This document shows, piece by piece, positions 1-8,849 of a stretch of 15,053 nucleotides of DNA. The DNA comes from Aulosira sp. ZfuVER01. GTDB lineage: Bacteria; Cyanobacteriota; Cyanobacteriia; Cyanobacteriales; Nostocaceae. How positions within the stretch are numbered: position 1 is the stretch's first letter; each line of letters opens with the position of its first letter. The stretch is from assembly GCA_034530615.2 (NCBI GenBank), contig JAVRCV020000069.1, positions 1 to 15,053 of the forward strand, in the 5' to 3' direction. Below the pieces are notes generated by a model. It searched no databases. It worked only from the letters and a program-made list of their open reading frames with translations, and was not told where the DNA came from. A program made the translations under genes and the position numbers.

Positions 1-50
1 TTTCCGATTTCCTTCCTGATTATACTCCTCCCGTAGTAACAAAAGAGGGT
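1..50. repeat. Dispersed ~50-bp repeat, copy 1 (inverted relative to 14512-14561; may extend beyond the window start)
   Basis: 41/50 identity to the reverse complement of 14512-14561. Core 12-45 (CTTCCTGATTATACT-N6-GTAGTAACAAAAG) matches 31/34. Confidence 0.85.
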
Positions 51-153
51 TATACCAATTTGAAAAATGATTGCGACAGATGGATCGTCCAAAAGCTTGG
101 TCAATCAATCTTTTACAATCCAAAATCTCAAATCCAAAATCCAAAATGGTATA
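51..153. mobile_element. MITE-like small repeat with TATACCA terminal inverted repeats and internal heptamer repeats
   Basis: Begins TATACCAATTT and ends AAAATGGTATA (11-bp IR, 1 mismatch). AATCCAA/AATCTCA heptamers x4 at 117-144. Left arm (TGCGACAGATGG) is shared in inverted form with 14636-14658. Confidence 0.65.
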
Positions 154-169
154 AAGTCCTGACTACGAA

Positions 170-1990
170 CTACTCAAGTTCTCCGATTAAATTGAGAATT
201 TCTCGGTAATATTGGATGTTACCTTCTTTATAATAAAGGTCGGCGGATTCTTGGAAATCAGCAATTGCTCTTTCATAATTCCCGAGATTGCGGTAAATGT
301 CAGCGCGTACTAGGTAAGCTTCTGTCCAGTGAGGTTGGAGTTGTAAGGCTTGGTTTAAGTCTTGGAGTGCTTCTTCTAATTCGCCTAGCCAAGAACGGCT
401 ACGACCTCGATTAAACCAGTCTTCGGCAAAACTAGGCTCGATGGTGATTGCTTGATTGTAATCTTCTAGTGCGCCTTGATAGTCTTCTATGGCATAGCGG
501 GCGTTACCGCGATCGCTATAAAATGCAGCGGAGTGGGGATTTAGCTGTAATGCTTGAGTATAATCTGCGATCGCACCTTCATAGTCTTCTAAGGCATAGC
601 GCAGAGAACCACGGTTGTAATAAGCTTCTACTAATTCGGGATTCAGGTGTAATGCTTGGTTGTAATCAGCAATTGCTCCTTGTTCATCGCCTATTTGGCG
701 GCGGGCGTTACCTCGGTTGCAGTAAGCTTGAGAAAAGTCGGGTGCAATTTCTATGGCATGGGTGTTATCGGTAATTGCGCCTTGGTAATCTTGCAGTGTT
801 TCGCGGACAATACCTCGACCATAGTAAGCTTCGGCTAAATTGGCATTAAACATCAAAGCCCGATCGTAATCTTTAATTGCGCCTTGGTAGTCTCCTAAAC
901 TCCGACGCGCCGCAGCGCGATCGCAATATCCCTCAGCCATCAGCGGATTGAGTTGCAGGAGTTTTGTACTATCTTTAATTGCTTCTTGATAATCTCCCAT
1001 GCGGCGACGCACATTTGCTCTTAAGCCGTATACTAAATCTAGAGTGGGATTCTCTTGCAATGCGCGATTATAGTCGGCAATTGCACCTTGATAGTCTCCC
1101 AAAGCACTGCGGACAAGACCTCTTTCATAGTATGCTTGCACATCATCAGGATTCAGGGCAATCGCTTGATTAAAGTCTGTCATTGCTTGCTGATACTCTT
1201 CTAAGTGAGCATACACAAGACCGCGATTATAGTAAGCGCCGGCGAAATGGGGGTTTAATTCTAACGCTCGGTTGTAATCTGCAATCGCCCGTTGATAATC
1301 TGTGAGAGCATAACGAGCATTCCCACGGTTATGATAAGCCTCTGCTAAATTGCCATCTAGCTGTAGTGCTTGGTCATGATCGGCTACAGCTTGCAGATAT
1401 TCTCCTAAAATATAGTAAACATTGCCGCGATTGGTGTAGGCGGCGGCAAAATTTGGGTTTAACTGCAAAGCTTGGTTAAAATCTGCGATCGCTTCTTGAT
1501 TATCGCCGCGATCGCAACTAGCTACACCACGATTATGGTAGGCATTGGCAATATCAACATTAATATAAGTAGATAATTGGGGATTAATTTTGACTGCTTG
1601 ATGAAAATTAGCCAGTGCTGTTTCGTAATATCCTAAAGCAAAGTAGGCTTTACCGCGACTATGGTAAGATTCAGCTAGACGGGGATTGATTTTTAATGCT
1701 CGATCGTGGTCAGCGATCGCTCCTTCATAATCTTCTAACCAGAAACGTGCATTTGCCCGATTGCAATAAGCTTCCGCAAAATCAGGATTAATTTCTACAG
1801 CCCGAGCAAAATCTGCGATCGCGCCGTGGTAATCTTTAAGTTCAGCGCTGATAATGATACCCCGGTTATAGTAGGCTTCGGCAAAATCGGGATTAAGTTG
1901 TATTGCTTGAGTGTAAGCTGCGATCGCGCCTTGATAGTCTCCTTGAAAGTTGTTGTTTAATCCCTGAGTTAAAAAATCTTCAGCATTCAT
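170..1990 (-). CDS. Tetratricopeptide-repeat-only protein (~606 aa, roughly 16-17 TPRs)
   Basis: Tandem 34-aa units of the form AEAYYNRG...LGDYQGAIADYNQALQLNP. Start placed at ATG 1990 (MNAEDF), because the 2209 start overlaps the upstream gene and adds a non-TPR extension. Confidence 0.93.
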   Translation of the reverse strand: MNAEDFLTQGLNNNFQGDYQGAIAAYTQAIQLNPDFAEAYYNRGIIISAELKDYHGAIADFARAVEINPDFAEAYCNRANARFWLEDYEGAIADHDRALKINPRLAESYHSRGKAYFALGYYETALANFHQAVKINPQLSTYINVDIANAYHNRGVASCDRGDNQEAIADFNQALQLNPNFAAAYTNRGNVYYILGEYLQAVADHDQALQLDGNLAEAYHNRGNARYALTDYQRAIADYNRALELNPHFAGAYYNRGLVYAHLEEYQQAMTDFNQAIALNPDDVQAYYERGLVRSALGDYQGAIADYNRALQENPTLDLVYGLRANVRRRMGDYQEAIKDSTKLLQLNPLMAEGYCDRAAARRSLGDYQGAIKDYDRALMFNANLAEAYYGRGIVRETLQDYQGAITDNTHAIEIAPDFSQAYCNRGNARRQIGDEQGAIADYNQALHLNPELVEAYYNRGSLRYALEDYEGAIADYTQALQLNPHSAAFYSDRGNARYAIEDYQGALEDYNQAITIEPSFAEDWFNRGRSRSWLGELEEALQDLNQALQLQPHWTEAYLVRADIYRNLGNYERAIADFQESADLYYKEGNIQYYREILNLIGELE

Positions 1991-2139
1991 AAATTTTTTA
2001 TAGAGAGTAAATCTTGCAATAGATTCTAAACGATTGGAAACCACACGCCAGTGGCTACCCAGAAGGTAGGCGTACACAGCGCGTTTACTCTCATCTTTGA
2101 TGCAAGATGTGAATAAAGGCTCATTATAGACGACAGAAA

Positions 2140-2712
2140 TTATTCCACCAAGGTTGTAGTGCTTCGTACAATATGATGCAGTTGCGATCGCTTTGTTACA
2201 CGCCACCAAATTGCTAGAGTTAATTGGCGATGAATTTCTTGGTTACTCCCTAGTTTGTCAATGGGATAACCAAACCAGCACACCTGCAAGCAGCGATGAG
2301 ATTCATAAGCTAACAGCCAGGTTTGTTCGTAGCGTACCAAATCCCTTACCCAAACTGGGTAAATCTCTTGTTGTTGGATGAAGTTAGCAAATGCGATCGC
2401 ATCTTCTCGATGTTTCTTGATACCCTGTGGTAAATGGGTTTCTGCATATCGCCAAAATAAATCGTTGAAGTTTTTACCTAACACCCGTGCAGTCCGTGGT
2501 AGCAGTTCGCGCACTTCTCCCAACCGCTTCCACTTGAGAGAATTAGCAAAAATATTTACCTGCTGTGTAGAGATTTGAGATAACTGCTGTGTCTCCTCAT
2601 CACTCAATCCCATCTCTGCACCAACGATTTGCGGATTAGCAAAGAAACGCTGTCTTAATTCACTATTGGTGTAAAGTTGGGCTAAAACTTGTTGTGTTTG
2701 TGCTAACCCCAT
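2140..2712 (-). CDS. Putative MNIO partner protein (DUF2063/HvfC/BufC-like N-terminal domain)
   Basis: Overlaps the DUF692 stop by 10 bp. Pattern LLPRTARVLG..F..LF..YA...DAIAF..F...WVRDLVRYE resembles DUF692-associated partner proteins. Confidence 0.7.
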   Translation of the reverse strand: MGLAQTQQVLAQLYTNSELRQRFFANPQIVGAEMGLSDEETQQLSQISTQQVNIFANSLKWKRLGEVRELLPRTARVLGKNFNDLFWRYAETHLPQGIKKHREDAIAFANFIQQQEIYPVWVRDLVRYEQTWLLAYESHRCLQVCWFGYPIDKLGSNQEIHRQLTLAIWWRVTKRSQLHHIVRSTTTLVE

Positions 2713-3539
2713 CGATTACGACTCCTACCGATTTGCCTTGCTTGTTGCAGTTCTCCTACCAATTCTGCAAATAATGGCAAGTTTTCATCTCTTTCTAAAA
2801 CAATCCCCTTAACTGAAACCTTGACTAACACTTCATCCATGAGTTGCCAAACCTCGACTGGCGTTGACTGGGAATGGCTATCAATCAATACACCATCATG
2901 CCAATGTCCGCCAACGAAATGCAACTGTACGACACGTTCTATAGGTAATTGTTGGAGAAAGTCCTGCACGTTATAGCCGTGATTCACAGCATTTGTATGT
3001 AGATTTGTCACATCCAACAGCAACCCACAATCAGCACGTTCTACTATTTCCGCCAAAAACTGCGCCTCTGTCATCTCAGCACCGGGAAGCGTCACCATAT
3101 AAGTGATATTTTCCAAAATTAATGGCACATCAATCCAGCGACGCACCTCAGCTATGTTGCGACAAACAACTTCCACAGCTTCCTGGGTATAAGGTAGCGG
3201 CGATAAATGTCCGATATCAACTCCACCAGCTTTAGTAAAGCAGATATGTTCGCTCCACCAAGGCGGGTTAAGCTGTTTAATTAGCGCTGCTAATTTACTT
3301 AGATAATCTCGATCCAAACCTTCAGCACTACCTAATGACAGATTGATAGCATGGGGAATTATCGGGAAATGCGCCGCAAGTAGTTCTAATTCCTGCTGTT
3401 TTTGCCAAGGTGCATCTAGATAGTGTTCGCAAACAATTTCCAGAAAGTCTACTTGCTGACGGTTGAGAAATAAATCGCTTTTAAATGGTTCGCGAAAACC
3501 TAACCCCACACCTAAAGTCGGGAGATGAGATAATATCAT
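2703..3539 (-). CDS. DUF692 family multinuclear non-heme iron oxidative enzyme (MNIO; MbnB/TglH/ChrH/HvfB/BufB family)
   Basis: Family motifs LGVGLGFR, FLEIVCEHY, HAINLSLGS, WWSEHICF, LENITY, LLLDVTNL, QLHFVGG, LIDSHS, VLERD. Start probably ATG 3539 (MILSHLPTLGVG); the ORF is open to 3581. Confidence 0.95.
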   Translation of the reverse strand: MILSHLPTLGVGLGFREPFKSDLFLNRQQVDFLEIVCEHYLDAPWQKQQELELLAAHFPIIPHAINLSLGSAEGLDRDYLSKLAALIKQLNPPWWSEHICFTKAGGVDIGHLSPLPYTQEAVEVVCRNIAEVRRWIDVPLILENITYMVTLPGAEMTEAQFLAEIVERADCGLLLDVTNLHTNAVNHGYNVQDFLQQLPIERVVQLHFVGGHWHDGVLIDSHSQSTPVEVWQLMDEVLVKVSVKGIVLERDENLPLFAELVGELQQARQIGRSRNRWG

Positions 3540-3590
3540 GTCTGGTGCAAGACTTATCATTATAGTTATCAGCTCCTTCATATTTTAACT

Positions 3591-3995
3591 ATGCCAGCAG
3601 AGACTGTTACCCTTCAAATACCAGAGGTTATTTATCAGCGATTGGTAAATACAGCTCGTGCAACCCATCGATCCCTAGAAGATGTAATACTTCGCGTCTT
3701 ACAAATAGGTAGTCCCCCTGCATGGGATGACATACCATCAGAGTTTCAAGCAGAAGTTGCCGCATTGGATAAATTAGATGATGACAGCTTGTGGCAAATA
3801 GCTCGTGCCAAAAAAACAACGAATGACATGGAGCGATACAACCTATTGCTTGAGGGCAATTCTAACGGTACTCTGAGTGAGGAGGAACGTTTAGAATTAA
3901 TGACACTCCGGCATGAAATGGATCTTTTTATGTTGTGCAAAGCCCAGGCAACTGTGTTACTTCGCTGGCGAGGGCATAATGTACAAACTCGGTAA
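3591..3995 (+). CDS. Putative antitoxin / ribbon-helix-helix-like DNA-binding protein
   Basis: N-terminus TVTLQIPEVIYQRLVNTARATHRSLEDVIL has a beta-helix-helix pattern. The protein is acidic and lies 6 bp upstream of an HNH nuclease gene. Confidence 0.7.
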   Translation: MPAETVTLQIPEVIYQRLVNTARATHRSLEDVILRVLQIGSPPAWDDIPSEFQAEVAALDKLDDDSLWQIARAKKTTNDMERYNLLLEGNSNGTLSEEERLELMTLRHEMDLFMLCKAQATVLLRWRGHNVQTR

Positions 3996-4001
3996 TAAAT
4001 A

Positions 4002-4427
4002 GTGTCTGCATATATTCCTGAAAGTTTAAAAAATCGAATTGTTTTAGCAGACTCTTCACGGTGTTGTTATTGCTTAACAACAGAAGCTAACAGTGGTATA
4101 CCAATGACGTATGACCATATTCTACCTGTTTCTAAAAATGGAGAAACAAGTTATGAAAATCTTTGTTTAGCTTGCCGTACATGTAACGAATTTAAAGGGG
4201 ATGCAACCGAAGCTACCGATCCATTATTAGGAGAAACTACGCCTCTTTTTAATCCTCGTACACAAAAATGGTCTGAACATTTTGTATGGAGTCTTGACGG
4301 TACAAGGGTTGAAGGTTTAACTGCTGTTGGTAGAGCCACAGTTGCACGTTTACGAATGAATAATCCAGTTATCATTGTTGCTCGTGGCCGATGGGTTATT
4401 AGCGGTTGGCATCCACCTAACGATTGA
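4002..4427 (+). CDS. HNH endonuclease (McrA-like, putative toxin)
   Basis: RCCYC, DHILP, GETSYENLCLACRTCN motifs plus LFNPRTQKWSEHF tail; GTG start. Confidence 0.92.
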   Translation: MSAYIPESLKNRIVLADSSRCCYCLTTEANSGIPMTYDHILPVSKNGETSYENLCLACRTCNEFKGDATEATDPLLGETTPLFNPRTQKWSEHFVWSLDGTRVEGLTAVGRATVARLRMNNPVIIVARGRWVISGWHPPND

Positions 4428-4469
4428 TAAGTAAGCGCGCATCTAGAAGTGAGGTAGGGTAAAGCTTTT

Positions 4470-5429
4470 CTAGTCACCACCACCGCCACAACCACCGCAA
4501 CCGCCGCAGCCACCACCACCGCAGGAACTGCCACCACTACAAGAACTGCCACTACTACAAGAACTACAACTAGAACTACTACAGGAACCATTTGACGAGC
4601 TACTTTGTCGGCTGCTTGTTCTAGAGTATGTTGGGGGAAAGAATACTTTGTAGTATGAATCGTAGGAAGTACCAGCAAGAGCTTCAACGCCAAATAATGC
4701 TACAACCAAGTTGTATTCAAATGCAGAAGGGATGCTAAATTTGACCTTGGTTTTCGCCTCTGCAAAGGTTTGTTGGAGTTGTTGGAGATAAGCTTCACCT
4801 CGCAAACTTAAGCGCGATCGCTTGCTCACAAACGATAAAATAGCGATAATCGATAAGACTCCCATAACTATCAAAAACCCAACGTTATGGCGTCCTTTTC
4901 CTAAAGCGATAAGCAGCTTATAAATCCCCAGGCTAAAAATAATTGTCGCCGCAATTAAGCCTACTTGAATATTGGATGCTTGCCATTTTTGAGCGTATAG
5001 CAGTTGCTCTTTGTCTAACTCTTCTCCGTAAATTTGACAGTAAGGTTCTACTTTCTCAGCTATTGAATTGATGGATTTTATCGCTGGAGAAGAGGAAAAA
5101 CTAGAAAAAACTTGCTGTTCTAGAGGCTGTAGCTTAGATAGATTGTCATGATTTGGTGCTTGACTAATTAATTGTTCAGCAATTTGTAAATAACCTCTCT
5201 GAATTAAATTCAAAATTGCTACCTTTACCACTTCTACTGTTCCCGAACGCAAGTAAGCAATTTCGTAGGGATCTGGTTCGCTGGGAATTAACGGTAAAGG
5301 TTGGTTTTTTGTGGGATCTTGTATGAGCCACCCACAGACTAACAGTGCCAAGATAATGACGCTACCATACAACAGTAGAAAATCTGGCCCGTACATATCT
5401 GCAATTGGATTATGTAGCAAGGCATCCAT
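4470..5429 (-). CDS. TIGR04222-domain membrane protein with Cys/Ser/Gly-rich C-terminal tail
   Basis: MYGPDFLLLY and DPYEIAYLRSG motifs, three hydrophobic helices, tail ...SCSSSSCSSCSSGSSCSGGSSCGGGGCGGCGGCGGGGD. AGGAG RBS 8 nt upstream of the ATG. Confidence 0.88.
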   Translation of the reverse strand: MDALLHNPIADMYGPDFLLLYGSVIILALLVCGWLIQDPTKNQPLPLIPSEPDPYEIAYLRSGTVEVVKVAILNLIQRGYLQIAEQLISQAPNHDNLSKLQPLEQQVFSSFSSSPAIKSINSIAEKVEPYCQIYGEELDKEQLLYAQKWQASNIQVGLIAATIIFSLGIYKLLIALGKGRHNVGFLIVMGVLSIIAILSFVSKRSRLSLRGEAYLQQLQQTFAEAKTKVKFSIPSAFEYNLVVALFGVEALAGTSYDSYYKVFFPPTYSRTSSRQSSSSNGSCSSSSCSSCSSGSSCSGGSSCGGGGCGGCGGCGGGGD

Positions 5430-5465
5430 AAAGTTTACTCCTGTTCAGCACACCACTTGCTTTTT

Positions 5466-5489
5466 GGGAATTCAAACTTAAGAATTCCC
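5466..5489. promoter_or_regulatory. Perfect 8-8-8 inverted repeat upstream of the TIGR04222 gene (operator or 5'UTR hairpin)
   Basis: GGGAATTC-aaacttaa-GAATTCCC, 36 nt upstream of the ATG at 5429. Confidence 0.4.
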
Positions 5490-5595
5490 CAAATTTCAAG
5501 GAACAATGTATTTCTACACCATGAGTCACAACGTTTACGGAAACGATTTGCATTACAATTGTACTACACGTACCACAATGCGTAAAGCTATACTT

Positions 5596-5614
5596 CAAAT
5601 GACAAATGACAAAT
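5596..5614. repeat. STRR2-type heptamer tandem repeat
   Basis: CAAATGA CAAATGA CAAAT immediately downstream of the channel stop codon. Confidence 0.65.
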
Positions 5615-6393
5615 TAACTAGGTAATTTCGCTCCACACCTTTTACAAAACCGAGCATCTGTATCGTGAAAAGCCAAACCACATCCCGAACAAATTGTTTC
5701 TACTTGGTTAGCAGTTTTCACCAATCGCTTAATTAAATCTCCCACTTGCCAAGGAATTAGTGCAATACCTGTCAAAATCATCAATACTGTTAGCCCACGA
5801 CCTAATTCTGAAGCTGGTGTCACATCACCAAAACCTACAGTTGTCATCGTAACAATTGAAAAATATAAGGCATCCAAAAAAGTTGTGAAAACTTGGGGAT
5901 TGACAGGATGTTCAACTTGATAAATTAAGCCTGAATAAACAAATATAATAGCAAATAATGTAAATAATATCCGAGCAAATATTACCCCATCTTCACTACT
6001 AATAGTACCAAAGAAAAATCTTTGATCGATAAATCTAACTAATCTTAAAATCCGGAACCATCGCAGCAACCGAATAAAGCTGAGATCCACTGCTCCTAGA
6101 AAGAATGGTAAAATTGCTATTAAATCAATAATTGAATATAAACTCAAAAAATACTTAATTTTATTTTCAGCACTCCACAAACGCAATCCATATTCAACTG
6201 CAAAAATTATAAAAATTGCAGTATCTAGGAGATGTAATTGGAAGCGGACAGAATCAGGAATATGATAAGTTTCTGCCACAAAAATTCCTGATGACAACAG
6301 AACTAGTCCAGCAATAGTTAAATTAATCCATTGACCTACTGGTGTATCTAGATCTGTTAAGTAGAATTCAGTTTTCTCTCTGCTAAGTAACAT
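5614..6393 (-). CDS. 6-TM voltage-gated-type potassium channel with C-terminal zinc ribbon
   Basis: S4-like IRLLRWFRILRLVR, selectivity filter TMTTVGFGD, C-terminal CSGC...CKRC. Confidence 0.92.
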   Translation of the reverse strand: MLLSREKTEFYLTDLDTPVGQWINLTIAGLVLLSSGIFVAETYHIPDSVRFQLHLLDTAIFIIFAVEYGLRLWSAENKIKYFLSLYSIIDLIAILPFFLGAVDLSFIRLLRWFRILRLVRFIDQRFFFGTISSEDGVIFARILFTLFAIIFVYSGLIYQVEHPVNPQVFTTFLDALYFSIVTMTTVGFGDVTPASELGRGLTVLMILTGIALIPWQVGDLIKRLVKTANQVETICSGCGLAFHDTDARFCKRCGAKLPS

Positions 6394-6483
6394 AATTAAC
6401 TCTAGCTATTTTTCAGTAGTTCGCAGAAATAATAGGCAAAATAAGCTATTCTTAACAAGTAGCTTGTTTACATTCTAACTATC

Positions 6484-6909
6484 ATGAATCATGAATATTT
6501 TATGCATCTAGCATTGATAGAGGCAAAAAAAGGTGATGCGCCTTATGGTGCAGCGATCGTGAAAGATAACGAAGTAGTTGCCGTAAGTCATAATACTGTA
6601 AGACGAGATAACGATCCATCTGCTCATGCAGAAATCAATGTTATTCGTAGTTTAACAGCTAAACTTAAAAATCCTTCTTTGGAGGGTTATACTATCTACA
6701 CAACTGGCGAACCTTGTCCAATGTGTGCAACTGCTTGTGTTTGGACGGGTATTTCAGAAATTGTATATGGTGCTTCAATTCAAGATTTGATTTCTGTAAA
6801 TCAGTCACAAATTGATATTTCTTGTGAAGAGGTGATTGCTAAGTCATTTAGAAATATCAAAGTGACAAAAGGTATTTTAAGAAACGAATGTTTGGAATTG
6901 TTTAAATAA
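6484..6909 (+). CDS. Nucleoside deaminase (cytidine/deoxycytidylate deaminase family; guanine-deaminase-like)
   Basis: Zn-binding HAE and PCPMC motifs, DAPYGAAIV. Confidence 0.92.
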   Translation: MNHEYFMHLALIEAKKGDAPYGAAIVKDNEVVAVSHNTVRRDNDPSAHAEINVIRSLTAKLKNPSLEGYTIYTTGEPCPMCATACVWTGISEIVYGASIQDLISVNQSQIDISCEEVIAKSFRNIKVTKGILRNECLELFK

Positions 6910-6981
6910 ACTTATTGTATAGATAATAATAATTTACTTTATATTCTTCTCTCCTTCTCTGCGCCTCTGCGTGATAAAAAG

Positions 6982-7644
6982 TTAATCAGACTCCTTTAAA
7001 TATGATAAATATGTATTAGCAAAAATTGCTGCTTGGGTGCGATCGCGCAAATTTAGGCGATTCAACATATTTGTGACATGATTCTTCACCGTACCCTCAG
7101 AAATATAAAGTTGCTGGGCAATTTCTCGGTTACTAGCACCTTGAGCAATTAAGCATAAAACCTCTTTTTCTCTAGGAGTAAGTTCCGCCAAACTCGGTGG
7201 TATTGGTGGTGAAGTGTTTGCTTCTAAACTAGGAAACTGAGTTAAAAGTTTTTTAACTATTCCCGGGCCTAGTTGAGTATAACCTTTATCGACAGCGCGA
7301 ATAGCGAAGGCTAATTCTTCTGATGGCGTATCTTTCAGTAAATAACCCATTGCCCCATTTTGTAGCGCTGCTTTTACATATTCATCATCGTCAAAAGTTG
7401 TTAATACTAAAACTTTAATACTGCTAAAACGCTTTTGAATTTCTCTGGTAGCTGCAACTCCATCCATAATCGGCATTCTAATATCCATTAGCACTACATT
7501 TGGTTGTAATTCGGCAATTAAATCAATTGCCATTTTTCCATTTTCTGCTTCTCCCACTATTTCTAAATCTTCTTCTAGTTCTAATAATGCTCTTAATCCT
7601 TGCCGAATTAAATTTTGGTCATCTACTAACAATACTTTTATCAT
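6982..7644 (-). CDS. NarL/LuxR-family response regulator
   Basis: REC domain (VDD, MDIRMP, LTTF, LLKD) plus LuxR HTH (LTPREKEVL...SNREIA...TVKNHV). ATGA overlap with the kinase stop. Confidence 0.96.
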   Translation of the reverse strand: MIKVLLVDDQNLIRQGLRALLELEEDLEIVGEAENGKMAIDLIAELQPNVVLMDIRMPIMDGVAATREIQKRFSSIKVLVLTTFDDDEYVKAALQNGAMGYLLKDTPSEELAFAIRAVDKGYTQLGPGIVKKLLTQFPSLEANTSPPIPPSLAELTPREKEVLCLIAQGASNREIAQQLYISEGTVKNHVTNMLNRLNLRDRTQAAIFANTYLSYLKESD

Positions 7645-8849
7645 TTATTCAACCTCATTTGGGGAATATCAACTGTAATTTTACAACCAGCGCCAGGAGC
7701 ACTTATAATATTAAATACACCACCAAGCGCTAAAGTGCGATCGCGCATACTTTGCAATCCAAAACCCGTAGTATTTTGTTTAAAATCAAAGCCTTTTCCG
7801 TTATCTTGAATAGTTAAACGTAAACCTCTGGGAGTTTTATCAATTTCTATTCTAACTTCTGTGGCTTCCGCATACTTAGAGATATTTGTCAATGACTCTT
7901 GAATAATCCGATAGATGGCAGTTTTAAATTCATGGGGTAGAGAATTTTCTAAATTGATTATGCAAATTGGTGAAAAGCCTTTTGTATGCTGAAAGTCTTC
8001 TAATAGTCCCTGAATTGCTTGTTCCAAAGATTTCTCTTGCAAGGGATGAGAACGCATAGCAGAAACCGATTGTCGGACATCCTGCAAAGCTTTAGAACCT
8101 AATTCTTTAGCTCTCACTAAAAAACTCTGAGCTTTATTTGGATTAGATTGCGAAAGTTTTAAAGCCGTTTCTAGTTGCAAATTTAATGCTGTTAGCGAAT
8201 GTCCCAAAGAATCATGAATTTCCCTGGCGATGCGATTACGTTCTTCTAGAGTTGCTTGATTTTCAATTCGTAGTGCATATTGACGAAGTTTTTCGTTAGC
8301 GATAGCTAGTTCTTCACGACTTTGGCGTTCAGATAATACTGTATTCATCAACAGTAATACGAAAATTAAACTTAAGCCAAATAATAGAGATAGGCTCAAA
8401 GTAAAGAATTGAAAACGCTCTTGTGCTTGTGGTGATATGGGAAAGTTGTGTAACCGACGCTGTAATGTTAAGAGAAATAAAATAAATGAGATAAGTGTGA
8501 CTACTAAGCGCCCTGGTAAATTAAAAATTAAGCAACTGCGAGTTACCAAAATTATGTAGATAAAAGGAAAAAGTCTTGAAGCTCTGCCACCAACAAAACC
8601 AGTTATTAAAATCAAGCAAACTTCAAGAAATGTATAGATTACCTTAGTTATTTTATTACCAGTGGGTAATCGCAAACCCATTAAGCCAAAAATAATCAAA
8701 CTTGCAGTTGCTACTTCTGGAAACCGACTAGAAAATTTTGGTGAGGGATATGGCAGTACAGCGCTGATAGTAGCGATCGCTAGTAATATCCACTCTAAAT
8801 AAAGTAAAAATCGAAAAGGATGATTGTGAAATTGGATTGGGCGTTTCAT
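7641..8849 (-). CDS. Membrane sensor histidine kinase (HisKA_3)
   Basis: Multi-TM N-terminus, [16 protein letters not shown]-box, [24 protein letters not shown]. Start probably ATG 8849; the ORF is open to 8888. Confidence 0.95.
   Translation of the reverse strand: MKRPIQFHNHPFRFLLYLEWILLAIATISAVLPYPSPKFSSRFPEVATASLIIFGLMGLRLPTGNKITKVIYTFLEVCLILITGFVGGRASRLFPFIYIILVTRSCLIFNLPGRLVVTLISFILFLLTLQRRLHNFPISPQAQERFQFFTLSLSLLFGLSLIFVLLLMNTVLSERQSREELAIANEKLRQYALRIENQATLEERNRIAREIHDSLGHSLTALNLQLETALKLSQSNPNKAQSFLVRAKELGSKALQDVRQSVSAMRSHPLQEKSLEQAIQGLLEDFQHTKGFSPICIINLENSLPHEFKTAIYRIIQESLTNISKYAEATEVRIEIDKTPRGLRLTIQDNGKGFDFKQNTTGFGLQSMRDRTLALGGVFNIISAPGAGCKITVDIPQMRLNK

Noticed and set aside
448..1173. 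Short + strand ORFs and ~102-bp periodicity in the TPR gene
   Set aside because: Antisense shadows of TPR codons. The periodicity is protein repeat structure, not a CRISPR array.
1991..2209. N-terminal extension of the TPR ORF to 2209
   Set aside because: It overlaps the partner gene and crosses a repeat-like intergenic hairpin; TPR sequence begins at ATG 1990.
4151..4693. 180-aa minus-strand ORF with poly-Val/Ala hydrophobic run
   Set aside because: Alternative-frame reading of the Cys/Ser/Gly tail codons; it overlaps the TIGR04222 and HNH genes.
5507..5593. GTA...TAC motifs as NtcA sites upstream of the TIGR04222 gene
   Set aside because: Spacers are 4, 7 and 6 nt rather than the required 8.
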